From Selaginella moellendorffii (Eukaryota; Plantae; Lycopodiophyta): a stretch of 64,000 bases of DNA. The stretch is from positions 1,741,610 to 1,805,609 of the forward strand of contig NW_003314293.1 of NCBI RefSeq assembly GCF_000143415.4, written 5' to 3'. A model generated the notes under the pieces. It had not been told where the DNA came from and ran no database searches. It saw only the letters and a list, made by a program, of their open reading frames with translations. The position numbers and the translations under genes are program-made. Shown here in pieces: positions 50,601-63,435 of the stretch; the first letter of the stretch is position 1, and each line of letters opens with the position of its first letter.

Positions 50601-51331
50601 AAGTTAAATGATGCCACTACAAAAGATGCCTTTCCCATCCCATTTTCAGATGAAATACTTGATGCCGTAGCTAGTTATGAGATGTACTCATTTCTTGACG
50701 GTTTTTCAGGCTACAATCAAATACACATATTTGTCGAAGATCAACATAAAACAGCTTTCATAAGTCCCTGGGGAGCATACACATACATGCGAATGCCATT
50801 TGAATTAACCAATGCCCCATTTACTTTTCAACGAATCATTACCAATACTTTCCAAGATTATCTCACAAATTTTATGCGTGTCTTTATGGATGACTTTAGT
50901 GTCTTTGGACCTAAAGACAAACACCTTAAATACTTTGAGAAATGTTTTATCAAATGTAGACAAAACTAAGTTGCTCCTAATCCTGAAAAATGTATTTTCT
51001 TTGTTAAATTAGGAATACTACTTGGCCATATTGTTTCCACTCAAGGCATTCAAATCGATAAAGTTAAAACCGACATCATTATGAAAATGCAACCACCTCA
51101 TGATCTCAAAAATTTGCAAAGTTTTCTGGGCAAAATGGGTTACTATAGAAGATTTATCAAGGACTATGCTAAAGTCGCTAAACCATTAGCTGATTTATTC
51201 AAGACCGACAAATTCTATCACTGGACTCAAGAATGTCAGCAAACATTCTTGGTACTCAAAGAAAAACTTATATAGGCACCAATTCTGGTCCAACCAAATT
51301 GGACTCAAGAATTTCTCGTACAAGTTGATGC
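44636..51331 (+). mobile_element. Decayed non-chromoviral Ty3/gypsy element (5' LTR, extra 5' ORF relic, gag, PR, RT, start of RH), truncated by the chromovirus insertion
   Basis: LTR 44636-45039 (TAGAGA, likely from TGGAGA, ..TCTCCA). tRNA-Arg-like PBS TGGTGACCACGGTAGGA at 45043. gag YPIFTGSKSEDSELHV with two CCHC relics, protease ILDGGS, RT FLDGFSGYNQI / VFMDDF, RH PNWTQEFLVQVDA cut at 51331. Confidence 0.88.
47243..47390 (+). repeat. 57-bp tandem repeat (~2.5 copies) upstream of gag
   Basis: AAGACTCAAGACAC recurs at 47243, 47300 and 47357. Confidence 0.85.
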
Positions 51332-52129
51332 TGTAAGCCACAAATTTTTCCTTTCCAATTTGCCAGCTTACCTCGTCTATCCGTCCAACACCGCCTTGGC
51401 TTTTGCTAAGTTCCCTTGCCAAGGTTCTCGCCTATGGTACCAACTCCTACTTGGTCTCAGCTACTCACTGCACGAGCAACGAAGTGTTAGCCATCCATCC
51501 ACGGATTCCCAAATCACTCCCAATCCCCCTCCCCAGGTTAGACTGGACTTAAGGTTCGGTTACACTCCCCGCAAGCACAAGTAGCCAAGCACACCAAGCT
51601 TCCAGGTTCCTAATATCCTTTGGTACCACAAGACTTGATCATGGGACCCTTTAAATCCCAAGTCTTGAGTGCAACGCTTGCTTCGGGACGCCGGGGCGAA
51701 ACACCGTGGCCTAGCGGCCCGGTATGGGTACTTCTCGTCCCCCACTTCCATCCCGAAGGAAGGCCCAAGCCCCTAGGGAGGGCGAGGACCAATGAGCCGC
51801 ATGGTACTCAAGTGGGGCACCACTCCACATGAGCCGGGAGCACCGCAATCGGTTTCCCTTTCGGGAGTGGGAGCTGCTCTTGAGCACTTCCTTGGATGGC
51901 CCCTCCGGCACCAACCAAGTCCATGCTCACTCCCACCCAAGGCCCCTCGGTCCCAGTCCCAACCTCAAGTCAGTTTGGGAGCCCCACTGGAGAGTCCCTT
52001 CTAAACTGGTTCCTGGACCTCACTATCCCTACTATACTTTTGGAACCCCCTGCAGCCCCCTCCCCCTGGGAGACGCACGCTTTGGGCTTTCACCCCTTGA
52101 CCCGTATTAGTATTTGGACTTAGTCTCTG

Positions 52130-52390
52130 GCTCGATCTCGGACCCGATTTCGGATCCGACTTCAGATTCGGGTTCAGACTCGATCTCGGACTCGATCTCG
52201 GACCCGATCTCGGACCCGACCTCGGACTCGACCTCGGACTCGGTCTCGGACCCGATTTCGGATCTCGGACTCCGTCTCAAACTCGGTCTCGAACTCGGAC
52301 TCGAACTCGGTCCCCGAGTCGGTCTCGGACTCGATTCCGGACTCTATCTCGAACTCGGTCCTAGAGTCGGTCTTGGACTCGATTTTCGAC
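52130..52390. repeat. CpG-rich hexamer array (CTCGGA/CTCGAT/CCCGAT) in the chromovirus LTR
   Basis: Visible tandem hexamers at the same LTR position as 17230-17638. Confidence 0.9.
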
Positions 52391-52881
52391 TTGGTCCCAT
52401 CCGATGAACTCTTTGTCATTTTGGTCATGCTTTCGGGGTTCCTTTAGCCTACGACACCTCGGCGAGTTGGTTCCTTACAACTCCACCACCCATAGAAGAA
52501 GTTCGATGCCCACATCGAACGTCTCGTTTTATCCTACGACTTGTTGACCATGTCTCCGGGGGCATCCCCCCACTTAGCGGTGTGCCTAAGTTAGCCTCCC
52601 CGGCCAAGAGCCCATGACAACGGAATATAGGTGTCCCTATACTCCTCACCTCACCACGCCCTAGTATAGGGTCGGGACTTGAACCCAGCCTTGCTTTACT
52701 AGGGGGTTGGGACTCGAACCGAACCTCCATAGAATACGTCTACGGATTCGACATCCCCGCAGGGAGTTGGGCGTAGCTCTCTACGCCTGGTCGACCTAGC
52801 TAACCCATGCTAATTAGCTTACCTTCGGCGCGCCTTCGGGTCCCAACATATGCCACTTGCTCAACTTTGCAAATTGATATT

Positions 52882-55800
52882 TTAATTGAACTTTGCATAA
52901 GTACATAGAGTTCTGCCTTGCAGAAATTCCTCCACTAGATCTCGCGTGTTCGCTAGGTTCTCCTCCGGTTCCCATGTTGCTTCACAGTGTGGAAATCCTT
53001 TCCACTTCACATGGAACTCTCTCACCTCGCGTCCTTGTCGCTTGCTCTTGCGCGCATTGAGGATGGCCTCGACTTCGTATTCCTCTTCCCCTTGGATAAC
53101 CTCAGGTAAAGGTCTTACTTGGTCCTTGCGAAGCAGATCCTCAAAGTACGGCTTGAGTAAGTTCACGTGGAACACTGGGTGCATCTTCCCCATCTCTCGA
53201 GGAAGTCGGAGTCGGTAAGCCACTTTACCGATTTGAGCCTCAATCTCATAAGGCCCCGCGAACCTGCTTAAGGAACTCAAGATTAATTCATTTACAGGAA
53301 TACATGCATTTTTACCTTTGGGTCAACTTTCGGCTGATCCCACTTGGTAGCCTGAGGTTCTTGGTGTTCAGCCACACTTTCTCCCCAGCTTGGAACTCTA
53401 CATCCCGGCGCTTTAGGTTCACATACTTGGTTTGCCTTTGTTGAGCCCGTTCCAAGGAATCCCTCACTAGATTCCAAATGTTGAGTCTTTCCGCCGTGAA
53501 TGCCTCCACTGCGGGTAACTCTCCATGATACTCAGCCACGCCGAGTTCCACAGGACCTTCAATAGCTCGCCCATTGATGACTTCCCATGGACTCACCCTG
53601 ATACTCGAATGTGGTGAGTTGTTATAACACATTTCCGCAAGTCCCAAATGACTTACCCAATCGGTTTGGTCTCCCGAGACATAGCATCGCAAATAATCCT
53701 CCAGCTGCCTATTCACCCTTTCCGTTTGTCCGTTTGTCAAAAAGTGTTAGGACCACCAAACTTGACTTAATACCCCATACCTGTTTGTGGGTGATAGGCT
53801 GTGCTGAATTTCAACTTGGTGCGATACTGTTCCAGGAGGGTCCTCCAGAACCTACTAGTGAAGATCTTATCTCGATCTGAGATAATCTCTTCTGGCCTTC
53901 CCCGCACTCGAACCACTTGTTCAAAGAACAGCTTCGCCACACCTTCCGCATCCACTTCCGTTGTAGTGGGTATGAAATGTGCCATCTTCGAAAATCGATC
54001 CACCACCACGAATATCGCATCGAACCCCTCGCTTAGGGGTAGTCCCGTGATGAAGTCCATCGTAAGACATTTCCACGGACGATCTGGAATTGGGATGCTT
54101 TGCAACAAGCCCCCACTAGCCTTAGTCACGGCTTTGACCTGCTGACATGTTGGACATGTCTTTACATAGTCTTGGACGTCCTTAGCCATATCTGGCCAAT
54201 GGTACTTCCTCTTGAGTAAGCCCATTGTCTTGGGCACTCCGCCGTGTCCCGCAAGAGGTCTGTCATGACACTCTTCTAAGGCTACCTTCCTTAGTCCCCC
54301 TTCTGGAACATATACCCTTGTTTGCTTGTAATAAATGAGTCCGTTGCGTTCCGCATAGCCCGTTTTCTCTTCCGTTGGCAGCTCACCTCTCTGGTGAGCT
54401 TCCTGCGCCTCCAGATTCCTCAACAACACTTCTTGTGCTAGACCATCGTTCTCATATGCTGTCCACACATCGTCCCAGAAGGTTGCTGTTGCGCTGGAGA
54501 TCGCCAACCTCAAGCTCGCTTTTCGACTTAGCGCATCTGCCACGATGTTGCTCTTCCCAGGCTTGTACAGAATCTCGCAATCAAACTCGGCCAAGGCATT
54601 GGCCCACCGACCTTGTTTCCCTCTCAGGTCGGACTGTGACAAGAAGTGTTTCGTTGCCACATTGTCCGTGTAAACCTTGAAGTGTCTCCCAAGGTAGTGT
54701 CGCCACTCCTTGAGCGCCTTGACCACCGCAAACAATTCCTTCTCGTGGGTAGGCCACTTCTGTTGAGCCTTGTCCAACTTCTTCGAGAAGAACGCTACTG
54801 GATGGTTGTCTTGCTTCAAAACTACGCCCAACGCAAAGTTCGAAGCATCCGTGTCTACCTCAAAGTCTTTACCAAAATCTGGTAATGCCAACACCGGAGC
54901 CTTCCTCAACTTCCCTTTGAGGTGGACGAATGCCGCCTCGCATTCCGCTGTCCATACCATCTTCCCTTTTCCTGTTTGGTCCGTTAAGGGCAGGGCTACT
55001 CTTGAATAGTGTCTGATAAACTTTCGATAGTAGTTGCATAGCCCCAAGAACGCCCTCAACTCATGTACATTCGAAGGTCGCTCCCATTCCTAGATCGCTT
55101 GGACCTTCTCCGGGTCCACCTTGAGCCCGTCCTGGCCCACCACATGCCCGAGAAACTTTACCTCTTGTTGAGCAAAGTCACATTTGCTCTCTTTAGCATA
55201 CAGTTTGTGTTCCCTTAGTTTCTCAAACACCTTTGCCAAGTGTTCGGCATGCTCCTCTAGCGTCTCGCTATAGATCAGGATATCGTCGATATAGACGACC
55301 ACGAAGTGATCCAGATAGGGTACAAAGATGTGGTTCATCAACGCCGAAAATGTTGCCGGCGCATTGCACAGCCCAAAGGGCATCACTAGAAACTCAAAGC
55401 TCCCATACCTCGTTCGACAGGTTGTCTTCTCGACATCTTCCTCAGCTACCATGATCTGGTAGTATCCTGACCTTAGGTCAATCCTCGAGAAGTATTTTGC
55501 CTTTCCCAACCTATCGAACAGGTCCTCGATCCTTGGCAAAGGGTACTTGTTCTTCTTGGTATACTTGTTGAGCAACCGATAGTCTATGCACATGCGCATA
55601 GATCCATCTTTCTTTTTCACAAATAGCACCAGCGCCCCATACGGCGACTTGCTCAACCTAACATACCCTTTGTCCACCAACTCCTCTAGTTGGCTCTTGA
55701 GCTCCTTGAGTTCTTTTTCGTTCAATCGATAGGGTGGACGAACCACCGCCTCAGCACCCTCGACCAGCTCAATCTTATGTTCTATCGGTCGTGCGGGGGG

Positions 55801-57618
55801 CAACCCCACCGGTAGCTCCTTCGGCATGGTATCCTGGAATTGGTCCAGCATCTGCTGGATCACTAAAGGTACTTCTTCCGTTCTTGTCTTTTTGTCACTC
55901 TTCATCGAGAGTAAGCACAAAAAGGCTGCCTTAGTTCCTTTAGTGAGTTGTCCTCTCGTGGACACCAGGTTTAAGCATGACTCTTTGGCCTTGCTTTGCC
56001 CTACCTTTAGATCTTGGGCCTCCACCTTAGATCTTCTTCCTTGGGCATTCGCCAATACCACAAGGTTCCTACCTTGTCCATGCAGGGCTACCACGAACCG
56101 ATTATACCAATCCATTCCGAAGATCACGTCAAATCCCGCCATGTCCAAGACGGTGAAATCCATGTCCACTTTCCATGTCCCCACTTCGACTCTCGCTTGT
56201 CGAAGTACCTCATCGGTGCTTTGGCTACCCTGAACAAACTCTATAGTCCTTGGTTCGCCTAGCCACTGCACCGTTAGTCTGGCTTACCGGACTATGTCTG
56301 CAGCCACAAAATTATCCGAAGCACCCGTATCAATAAGGATCTTAACAAAGCTACCTCCGAGCTTCCCTCGGAGGGCTAGTAGATGTCGCGAACGACTCTC
56401 TACCAAAGTTGCTCGTGTAATGAGTAACTTTGAGTTAGGGACTGGATCACATACCTCAGTTTGGACTTCACCCGACTTGATGGCCATATTGGCTCTGGCC
56501 TTCTTCGGGTAGGGACATTCCCTCGAGAAGTGTCCCGCTTCGCCGCAGTTGTAGCATACGTTGTTTCCCACGCTGCTATACGACTTGACCTTCTTATCCG
56601 TGGGTTTGTCTTTTTTCGCTTGACTCCCCCACGTACTCGCTCGTTGGCCACCGGATTTGCCTTTCCGAAACCCCGAGGACTCATTCTTAGAGAAACTCTT
56701 TTTGAATTTCCCCTTGCTATACGTTCCCCTTGGTTTGGCCCCTTTGCTAAATGTGGATCCCGACCCCGTCGTGTTCCCCTTTCGCAGGTTATCGTTGAAA
56801 TGCACCTTGATGGCCGCATCCAACGCTTCCTTGTAGTTGGTCGGGTTCCACCGCATCACCTCACCGTGAGCCCAGGTTTGCAAACCTGATATGAAGGCAT
56901 GGAATGCATCCATATCCCCCATGTCCGTGACAAGTATCCTCTTTGCCATGAACCCATTCACATATTCCTGGATGGTTCCAGTCTGCTTCAGCCTACTCAG
57001 CTCATCTCTCAGATGCAGAGTGGCATTCAGAGGAACGTATGTTGCGCGGATCCTCACCTTCATCATGTCCCAAGTGGCCACTGGTCCTTCGTTGGCCTCC
57101 GTCGTTCTCCACCAAGACTTGGCATTATTTGCCAAGTATGGTTTTGCACATGGGACCTTCTCCGAGCTCGGTAATCGCAACGCTCGGAAGTAGTCCTCCA
57201 TATCGTAAAACCAATCCTCCACCACTTTATAGTCGTTCACTCCCTTGAAGACCGGTGGGGGCTTTGGTTTGTACTTGGGAACTGCCTGAGGGACTGATTC
57301 TACTTCGGTCTGTTCGACCTTGTCTGGTTTTGCCTCAGTCCCGGCCGAAAGATCCGCACCTTCTGCGCTGCCAGCATCCGCAGTCTTTTTCTTTTTCTTC
57401 CGCCTCTCGTCACGCTTTAGCTTGCGTACGAGAGTTTCTAGCAGGGCATTGGTCTGTGCCAACTGTCCTTCTAGCACGTCCAATCGAGCCTTGGACGACC
57501 GAACCTCGCCACCGGACTCCTGTTTGGAAGTTTCCTCACTAAAGTCCTCCTCATGCAAGGATTCCTCATCCATAGCCTCTTGTTCGACCGGAGGCTCCAG
57601 CACCGGCGGAGGTTCCAT
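52882..57618 (-). CDS. Chromovirus gag-pol polyprotein (2 in-frame stops; 2 intron-like inserts in integrase)
   Basis: [71 protein letters not shown]|DGQTER, R|FAGPY, chromodomain YEVEAIL..VKWKGF..ATWEP. Stops TAA 56284-56286 and TAG 55090-55092 are in-frame, consistent with C>T changes. Confidence 0.92.
53264..53315 (-). other. Putative 52-nt spliceosomal intron in integrase (GTAAAA..TAAGCAG)
   Basis: AG|GT..CAG|G; removal restores KLTQR-FAGPYE. Confidence 0.8.
53734..53780 (-). other. Putative 47-nt spliceosomal intron in integrase (GTATGG..CTAAC..TTTTTGACAA; acceptor G>A)
   Basis: AG|GT donor and CTAAC branch site; removal restores AYHPQT-DGQTERVN. Confidence 0.72.
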
Positions 57619-58051
57619 CTCCGCCTGGGTTCGCTTACGCCCTGCCCTTGCCGTCTCCCAGCAATCCGCCTCTATCCTTCGCTAGAACTGAGATAAAGGC
57701 TCCGATACCAAATTGTAAGCCACAAATTTTTCCTTTCCAATTTGCCAGCTTACCTCGTCTATCCGTCCAACACTGCCTTGGCTTTTGCTAAGTTCCCTTG
57801 CCAAGGTTCTCGCCTATGGTACCAACTCCTACTTGGTCTCAGCTACTCACTGCACGAGCAACGGAGTGTTAGCCATCCATCCACGGATTCCCAAATCACT
57901 CCCAATCCCCCTCCCCGGGTTAGACTGGACTTAAGGTTCGGCTACACTCCCCGCAAGCACAAGCAGCCAAGCACACCAAGCTTCCAGGTTCCTAACATCC
58001 TTTGGTACCACAAGACTTGATCATGGGACCCTCTAAATCCCAAGTCTTGAG

Positions 58052-61000
58052 ACGGCTCCTTTAGCGGCTCCTCTAGTGGCTACTCCAGCGGCTACTCCAG
58101 TGGCTACTCTGGCAGTTACCCTATAGGTCAATGGTTACGCGTGCTTGAGGCCTACATCTACTTCCCTTTCGGCCTTTATTTCTCTTCATCATAGGCATTT
58201 TGGGCAACTTTGAGCAACTTGAGCACTAGCCTACAGTCTTCTTGCTCCTGTCAACCCAGTTGCCTTGACAAGGCATTTGCAGTGTTTAGGGTATTTGATG
58301 CCGGTACAAACTAGACGTGCGACAAATTGGCACCCTTTTACTGTACCTCAAGGCCCTAAGGTATAGAGTAAACTTTCTAACATCCAAAGGCAGCTTAGGT
58401 ATGACACTGCACCTTCTTGGGTCAAGTCCTCTTCATCCTCGGCAGATTCTAGTGACTTAGATCTACGAGCTATGGCGCAGCCACGCTTAGCTCGACCTCA
58501 GCTCCATGTTTTGTAGAAGGGGAGTGATCTGCCGACCTTCTCAAGTGTTGGAACAGTCTCTCCAACATCACATATTAGTCGCTTTGATTACTATTGCACC
58601 TCAAAAATGATCGTCAACAATGATCGCATGCGCCGCGACTTCTTGTAGTCTCTCGAAGGAAAAGCAACAATTTGGGCAGATTCTCTCCTCCCAAAGGACT
58701 GGACAGACTTCTAGACACTACTTGCTTCTTTTAGAGAACGCTTCGTTGAGGAAAAGCCCACAAATTCGCTATTCGTCGACCTCTTTTCGTTCCGGCAGGG
58801 TGCACACAAGTCTGTTCCAGACTACATCACACGGTTTCGAGCTTATTAGAAGTAGTGTTGGGATCACAGAGTAGTCCAAGATCAGCAACAGGGGATCACG
58901 GCATTCACAGCAAGTCTGTGTGGGAACTTGCAGCGGAAACTTCTTAAGAAGACATTCAGCTTTTGCCGCGAGGCATTTTTGTTTGCCACAAAGCTGGAAA
59001 GAGAGCTTCTGGTCGACCTGGGGATTGCTAGAGTTGATTTCGACCAAGCCATCATCCCGTCAGAGTCACCTTGTGCAGCTGTTCGCTCGTCCACACCAAA
59101 GTCTGTCGCTATTGAGCATACACCTCCGGCTCTTGACAACTTTGCCAATGAGATGCGGCAGCTAAAGGAGATCATTCTTCAACAACAATTACACCATGAC
59201 AAACTGCTCTAGGAGCCGGTGGAGTCCAAGAAAGAGATTGCTACAGCTCGGGAATGCAGATTTAAGTCCCGTTGGTGCACTCACTGCGAGATGAACACAC
59301 ACAACACACAGTGCTGCTTCAAGCTTCACCCTGAGCTTCGGCCTCCATCTTCTCAACGTGTCCAACAACATCCTTTTGCGGAGAAAGGGACAACTCCACA
59401 TTGTCTCAGGGTCCAGAGACATATCAGGAGCAGTTGGAGCGACAAGTGATTGAGGCAGCCCCTTCGTCAAGCAAAGGCAAGGCACCAGCCTCATCAATCA
59501 ACACAATTTTGGGAGCTGAGGAACTCTATAGGCAACAGCAGCAAACTGCAGCCACTCGAGGCCAAGCGAAGAAGAAGGTACTCAACCTGCCCCAGATCCC
59601 CCGGCGCCGGTTGAGAGCGAATCTCCATTGGCACCAGATCTAGTGACACAGAGGGTGGCTTGTAAGCTCCCCTTCAAGTCACTACTCTCTTCTCCTCTTG
59701 TGATCTCACCAACAGCTATTCTTGTTCTGGAGCCAGTTCTTCAACAACTGGTTGACTCTCCAATCACCTTTTCACTCCGAGACATGTTGTCTTGTCCCGG
59801 GATTCGGCCAACATTTAGAGGAGTTTGCACGGTCAGGAACACTAGAGAGCACTCTCAAGGAGACTCCTCAAGAGGTACACATTGTCGACATGACAAGATA
59901 TGGTGGAGATCTTGGCCCATTCTTCGTCCCAGTGCAGATCGGTACTTCCTCTTGTAGGATGGATGCTTTGGTTAACTTCAGTTCTAGAAGCAACATTATC
60001 TCTCTTGAGGCTGCCCTTTCAGCACAGCTACAGATCATTGAGAGCTCCTCCATCGTGCTCAAAACCTTCGCCAACCATACCGTTCCTCCAACGGGAATTT
60101 GCTGTGGTGTCAAGGTCTCTATGCAAGGTGTTATTTCTGAGGTGGATTTCCTTGTGGTTTACTACCAATGTCTTGGAACATCCTCTTTGAAGGACTCTAT
60201 CATCCTTGGCCGCTCATGGCAAGTCATAGCCCATTGCACTATTGATAGCGCAAAAGGCAAGATGGAAATTAGTGATGGAACCTATAGTGCTACCTTTCTC
60301 AACAACCACGGCAGAGCTCTTTCTCAACAAGCCCAGCAAGCTTAGACTAAGATGGCCTCCACACCATACTTTCCTCCTAAGCTCACAAAGGTTTTTCCTG
60401 AGCTGGCGGTGGCGTCGACTATCTATATAATGGATGTTTTCTCATGCAATGCGATTGACATGGTTGGAGGTGAGTTAGGTAACCCGAAACATCTCTCAGC
60501 TTCACTCTCTTTATTTGAGAGTCAGGCCAAGCCTCTAAAAAAGCCCTCTTTATTTGATGATGGGGCTTATAAAGTACGGGCTCCCATATCCAGCTTTTCG
60601 GAGTGTTTCTCGGATAGAGGAAGGGCTCCTCAATTCATTTCTTGCATGGGACCAACTCTCTCTTATGGAGCTTGATGACATAGTCACCCCAGACCAAGTC
60701 CATCTTTCGCAGGACACAGCCGAACTCAATCCTTCTCAGCAACTATCTGAGGTGTCACACAGCTAGCATCTTCCTACTAAAATCGCAGTAACTGACGACT
60801 CCAAGTGTATTTTGTCAAGCTGTTTCTTGGAGATGGAAGAAGACATCTAGACAAACAACTGGCAGAAAGAATCAAGCTAATCGAACGTGCTGCATGCGAG
60901 TTATAGCTCTTTGAGTTCAAAATTTCCTACTATGGAGCCCTTAGTATTCCAACCACCAAAACGACAACTTCCTTTCGAAATTTACATCACGACGGGCACG

Positions 61001-63435
61001 GATGCTTTTGGACTACGCCTTTGCCAATGTTCACAGCCTGGCAAGCCACCACATGCAACATATTATGCCTCACATTTGTTCGAGGAGACTGAAAAGAAGT
61101 ACGTGGATGCGGAAAAAGAAGCGGTGGCTGGTGTTTATACCTTGGAGCGATTTCGTCACTTTCTTGCTGGAGCCCGTATCCATTCCCATGTCTGTTTTAC
61201 TGTGCTAACCTTTCTTTTATAGCAATCAGTTCACAGTCCTCATACTTTATCTTGGATTGTGACCATCCACGAGTTCCAGCCAACTTTTCACATGCAGCGG
61301 AGTGTGTGATGCATCTTCTCCAATGGCTGCAGGTCAAGCACGTAAAGAGCAGCAGCCATTATCCTGGGTGCAATGGCCAGGTGGAGTCCAGCAACAAGAT
61401 ATTGAACATGGTCATCTCAAAGCTTGTGGAGGATCACCCAAGGCATTGGCACGAGTACTTGGTTACGGCGTTATGGACCTTTTGGACGTCCTTCAAGACA
61501 TCCATCTCTGCGACCCCATTCTCCCTTGTCTATGGGATAGAGGCCGTGCTTTTAGTGGAGATTTAGGTGCCATCACTCTCACTTTCACTTCGATACACAG
61601 CAACGATGCAGCTTAGCGATGAGGACAAGCTTCATGCACGTGACTTGGAGGTTCTTGCCTTGGAAGAACAGCGACGATCCACGACTGAACATCTCCTTTG
61701 AGGCAAGCAGAAGATCAAGTCAGTCATCGATCACCAATGGTCTGCCGAACCTTTCGAGGATGGCAATCTCATTCTACTCAAGGAGTTTACGCCACCTTTG
61801 AAGTTCTCCCCTTGTTGGACCGGCCCCTACTTTGTCCAGCGACACATCAGGGGTGGAGCATATATGCTAGTTGATGCTGATGGATGTGAGCTCCCACATG
61901 CTCACAACCACTCTCATCTCAAAGGCTTCATCCAGTGAGGCATTCCTCTTCTCTTCTTTTTCTTTTTCTTTTTCTTTTTCATCCTTTCTTTCACTTTACT
62001 TTTATGGATACTTTTCTTACTTTCAGAGGGTGTTTCTCCATTAGACCATGGCCCATGCCTTGGATTTTGTGCTCAGGCTGCATTGCTGTTTGTATGGAGG
62101 TTCCTTGCTTGGCCCGATCTATGTTCCAGGTTCTTTGGCCCTTCCCTTACCATTACTACACCCCACACATTCCCCTCACTCATTCCATATCATCTACACT
62201 CACAGTTCCATCACCAATCACTTCCAGCAGCGTTGCCCGCATATCTCTAGATGCCCGTCTTGCATCTTTCACTCTTTCACCATCATTCACATCTTCGTTT
62301 GAGGTCACATTTACACAATACCACAGACACACATACATGCACCAATAGCAAAAGACACCACATCATTTTGACGTGCCATTTCTGAGATGTCCTTACGACC
62401 ATTTGCTGATGACGCACTAGCTTTTCTGGAGCAACTTTCTTCCAACCGGGTGAACCCATTCACTCAAGGCACCTAGGTGGATCTTTAGACGAGGCCACAG
62501 AAGCCGAAGCCACTTTCTTCTACTCCAGCACTCAGTGGACACATGCCACTTCTCTTTACCGGCAACCCAGTGACTACGTTGTCCTTTTCAGCTGCTGACT
62601 TCTTCAGTCCGACACATCAGACTGGCCACCTTCTTAGAGTGCCACCTCATCTCAGCGCTCCACCATATTGGTGTTGGAGCAGGTGCAGGAGTAGGAGCGA
62701 GAGCAAGTGGTTACCGGTTACCAGTTACAGGTTCCCGGTTACTAGTTACTAGTTACTGTATCGGTTACTGGCTACTCCGAGTGGTCAGCGCTCACTCTAC
62801 AGACCAACAGTTATCCATGGCCGCTTTTTCAGAGTGCCACCACCATCTAGGCACTCCACCATATCACTCCATCTTTTATCATTTCCACACTTACCACCCT
62901 TGGGCAATGCATCCCCTCTTCTACCTCTCTTTGTTTCTTGATTTCAGCCAATCCTTGGAGTATACCGGAAGTCATCAAAAGGTTACATTTGCATATTACA
63001 CTTTCCTAAGCCGAAATCCAAGTATGGGTTAAGTTCTTTGGGTGCTCACTCTTTTTCCTCTATTTTCCTCCTCTTTTCACACTTTTTCTACACTTTTCTT
63101 CAACTTCCGGGTCCAATTTGACTACAGGGTTTCCCACTGGGTTTTCCTCCCTGTCTCCAAACTTCACACCTCCCTCTTTTCTTTCTTTCCACTTTGTTTT
63201 CTAGAGGTTCTACTATTTCACGCAACTACTAGCACTTGGCATCAGTAGTAGAGGTACACTCTACACTCTTCAGAGAGTTCTCACGCGTCTGGAGCCAGCG
63301 CGATCCACTGTGGTCGCATGTTAGGGCATGGCCACCGAGAGAGTGAGAGAGAGAGAGGGAATATTTTGGTCTTTAGAATATTCCCTATCTTCCTTGTATA
63401 AAACCCTTGCCCCACAAGGGCAAGGGGGGGCATTT
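58052..63435 (+). mobile_element. Decayed gypsy-type internal region (gag, PR, RH, INT; no RT visible)
   Basis: Gag-like SLEGKATIW..FRQG, WCTHCEMNTHNTQCC, protease-like DALVNFSS..IILGRSW, RH-like YYASHL..EKEAVA, INT YPGCNGQVESSNK / TPFSLVYG / WTGPY. PPT AAGGGGGGG at ~63422-63430. Confidence 0.75.

Larger units (their letters stand above)
51332..58051 (-). mobile_element. Chromovirus (Ty3/gypsy with chromodomain, Galadriel-like); 5' LTR truncated
   Basis: 3' LTR 51332-52479 (TGTAAG..CTTACA), PPT 52480-52494. PBS TGGTATCGGAGC at 57710-57699. 5' LTR remnant 57714-58051 is nearly identical to 51332-51670. Confidence 0.95.

Noticed and set aside
52542-52848. TGTTG..CAACA bounded segment as a nested solo LTR
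   Set aside because: No target-site duplication (CGACT vs TATGC); better read as the element's 3' UTR.
55090-56286. In-frame stops in the chromovirus pol as programmed readthrough
   Set aside because: Both fall inside conserved domains (protease; RT-RH connection) and are simple CAA>TAA / CAG>TAG-type decay.
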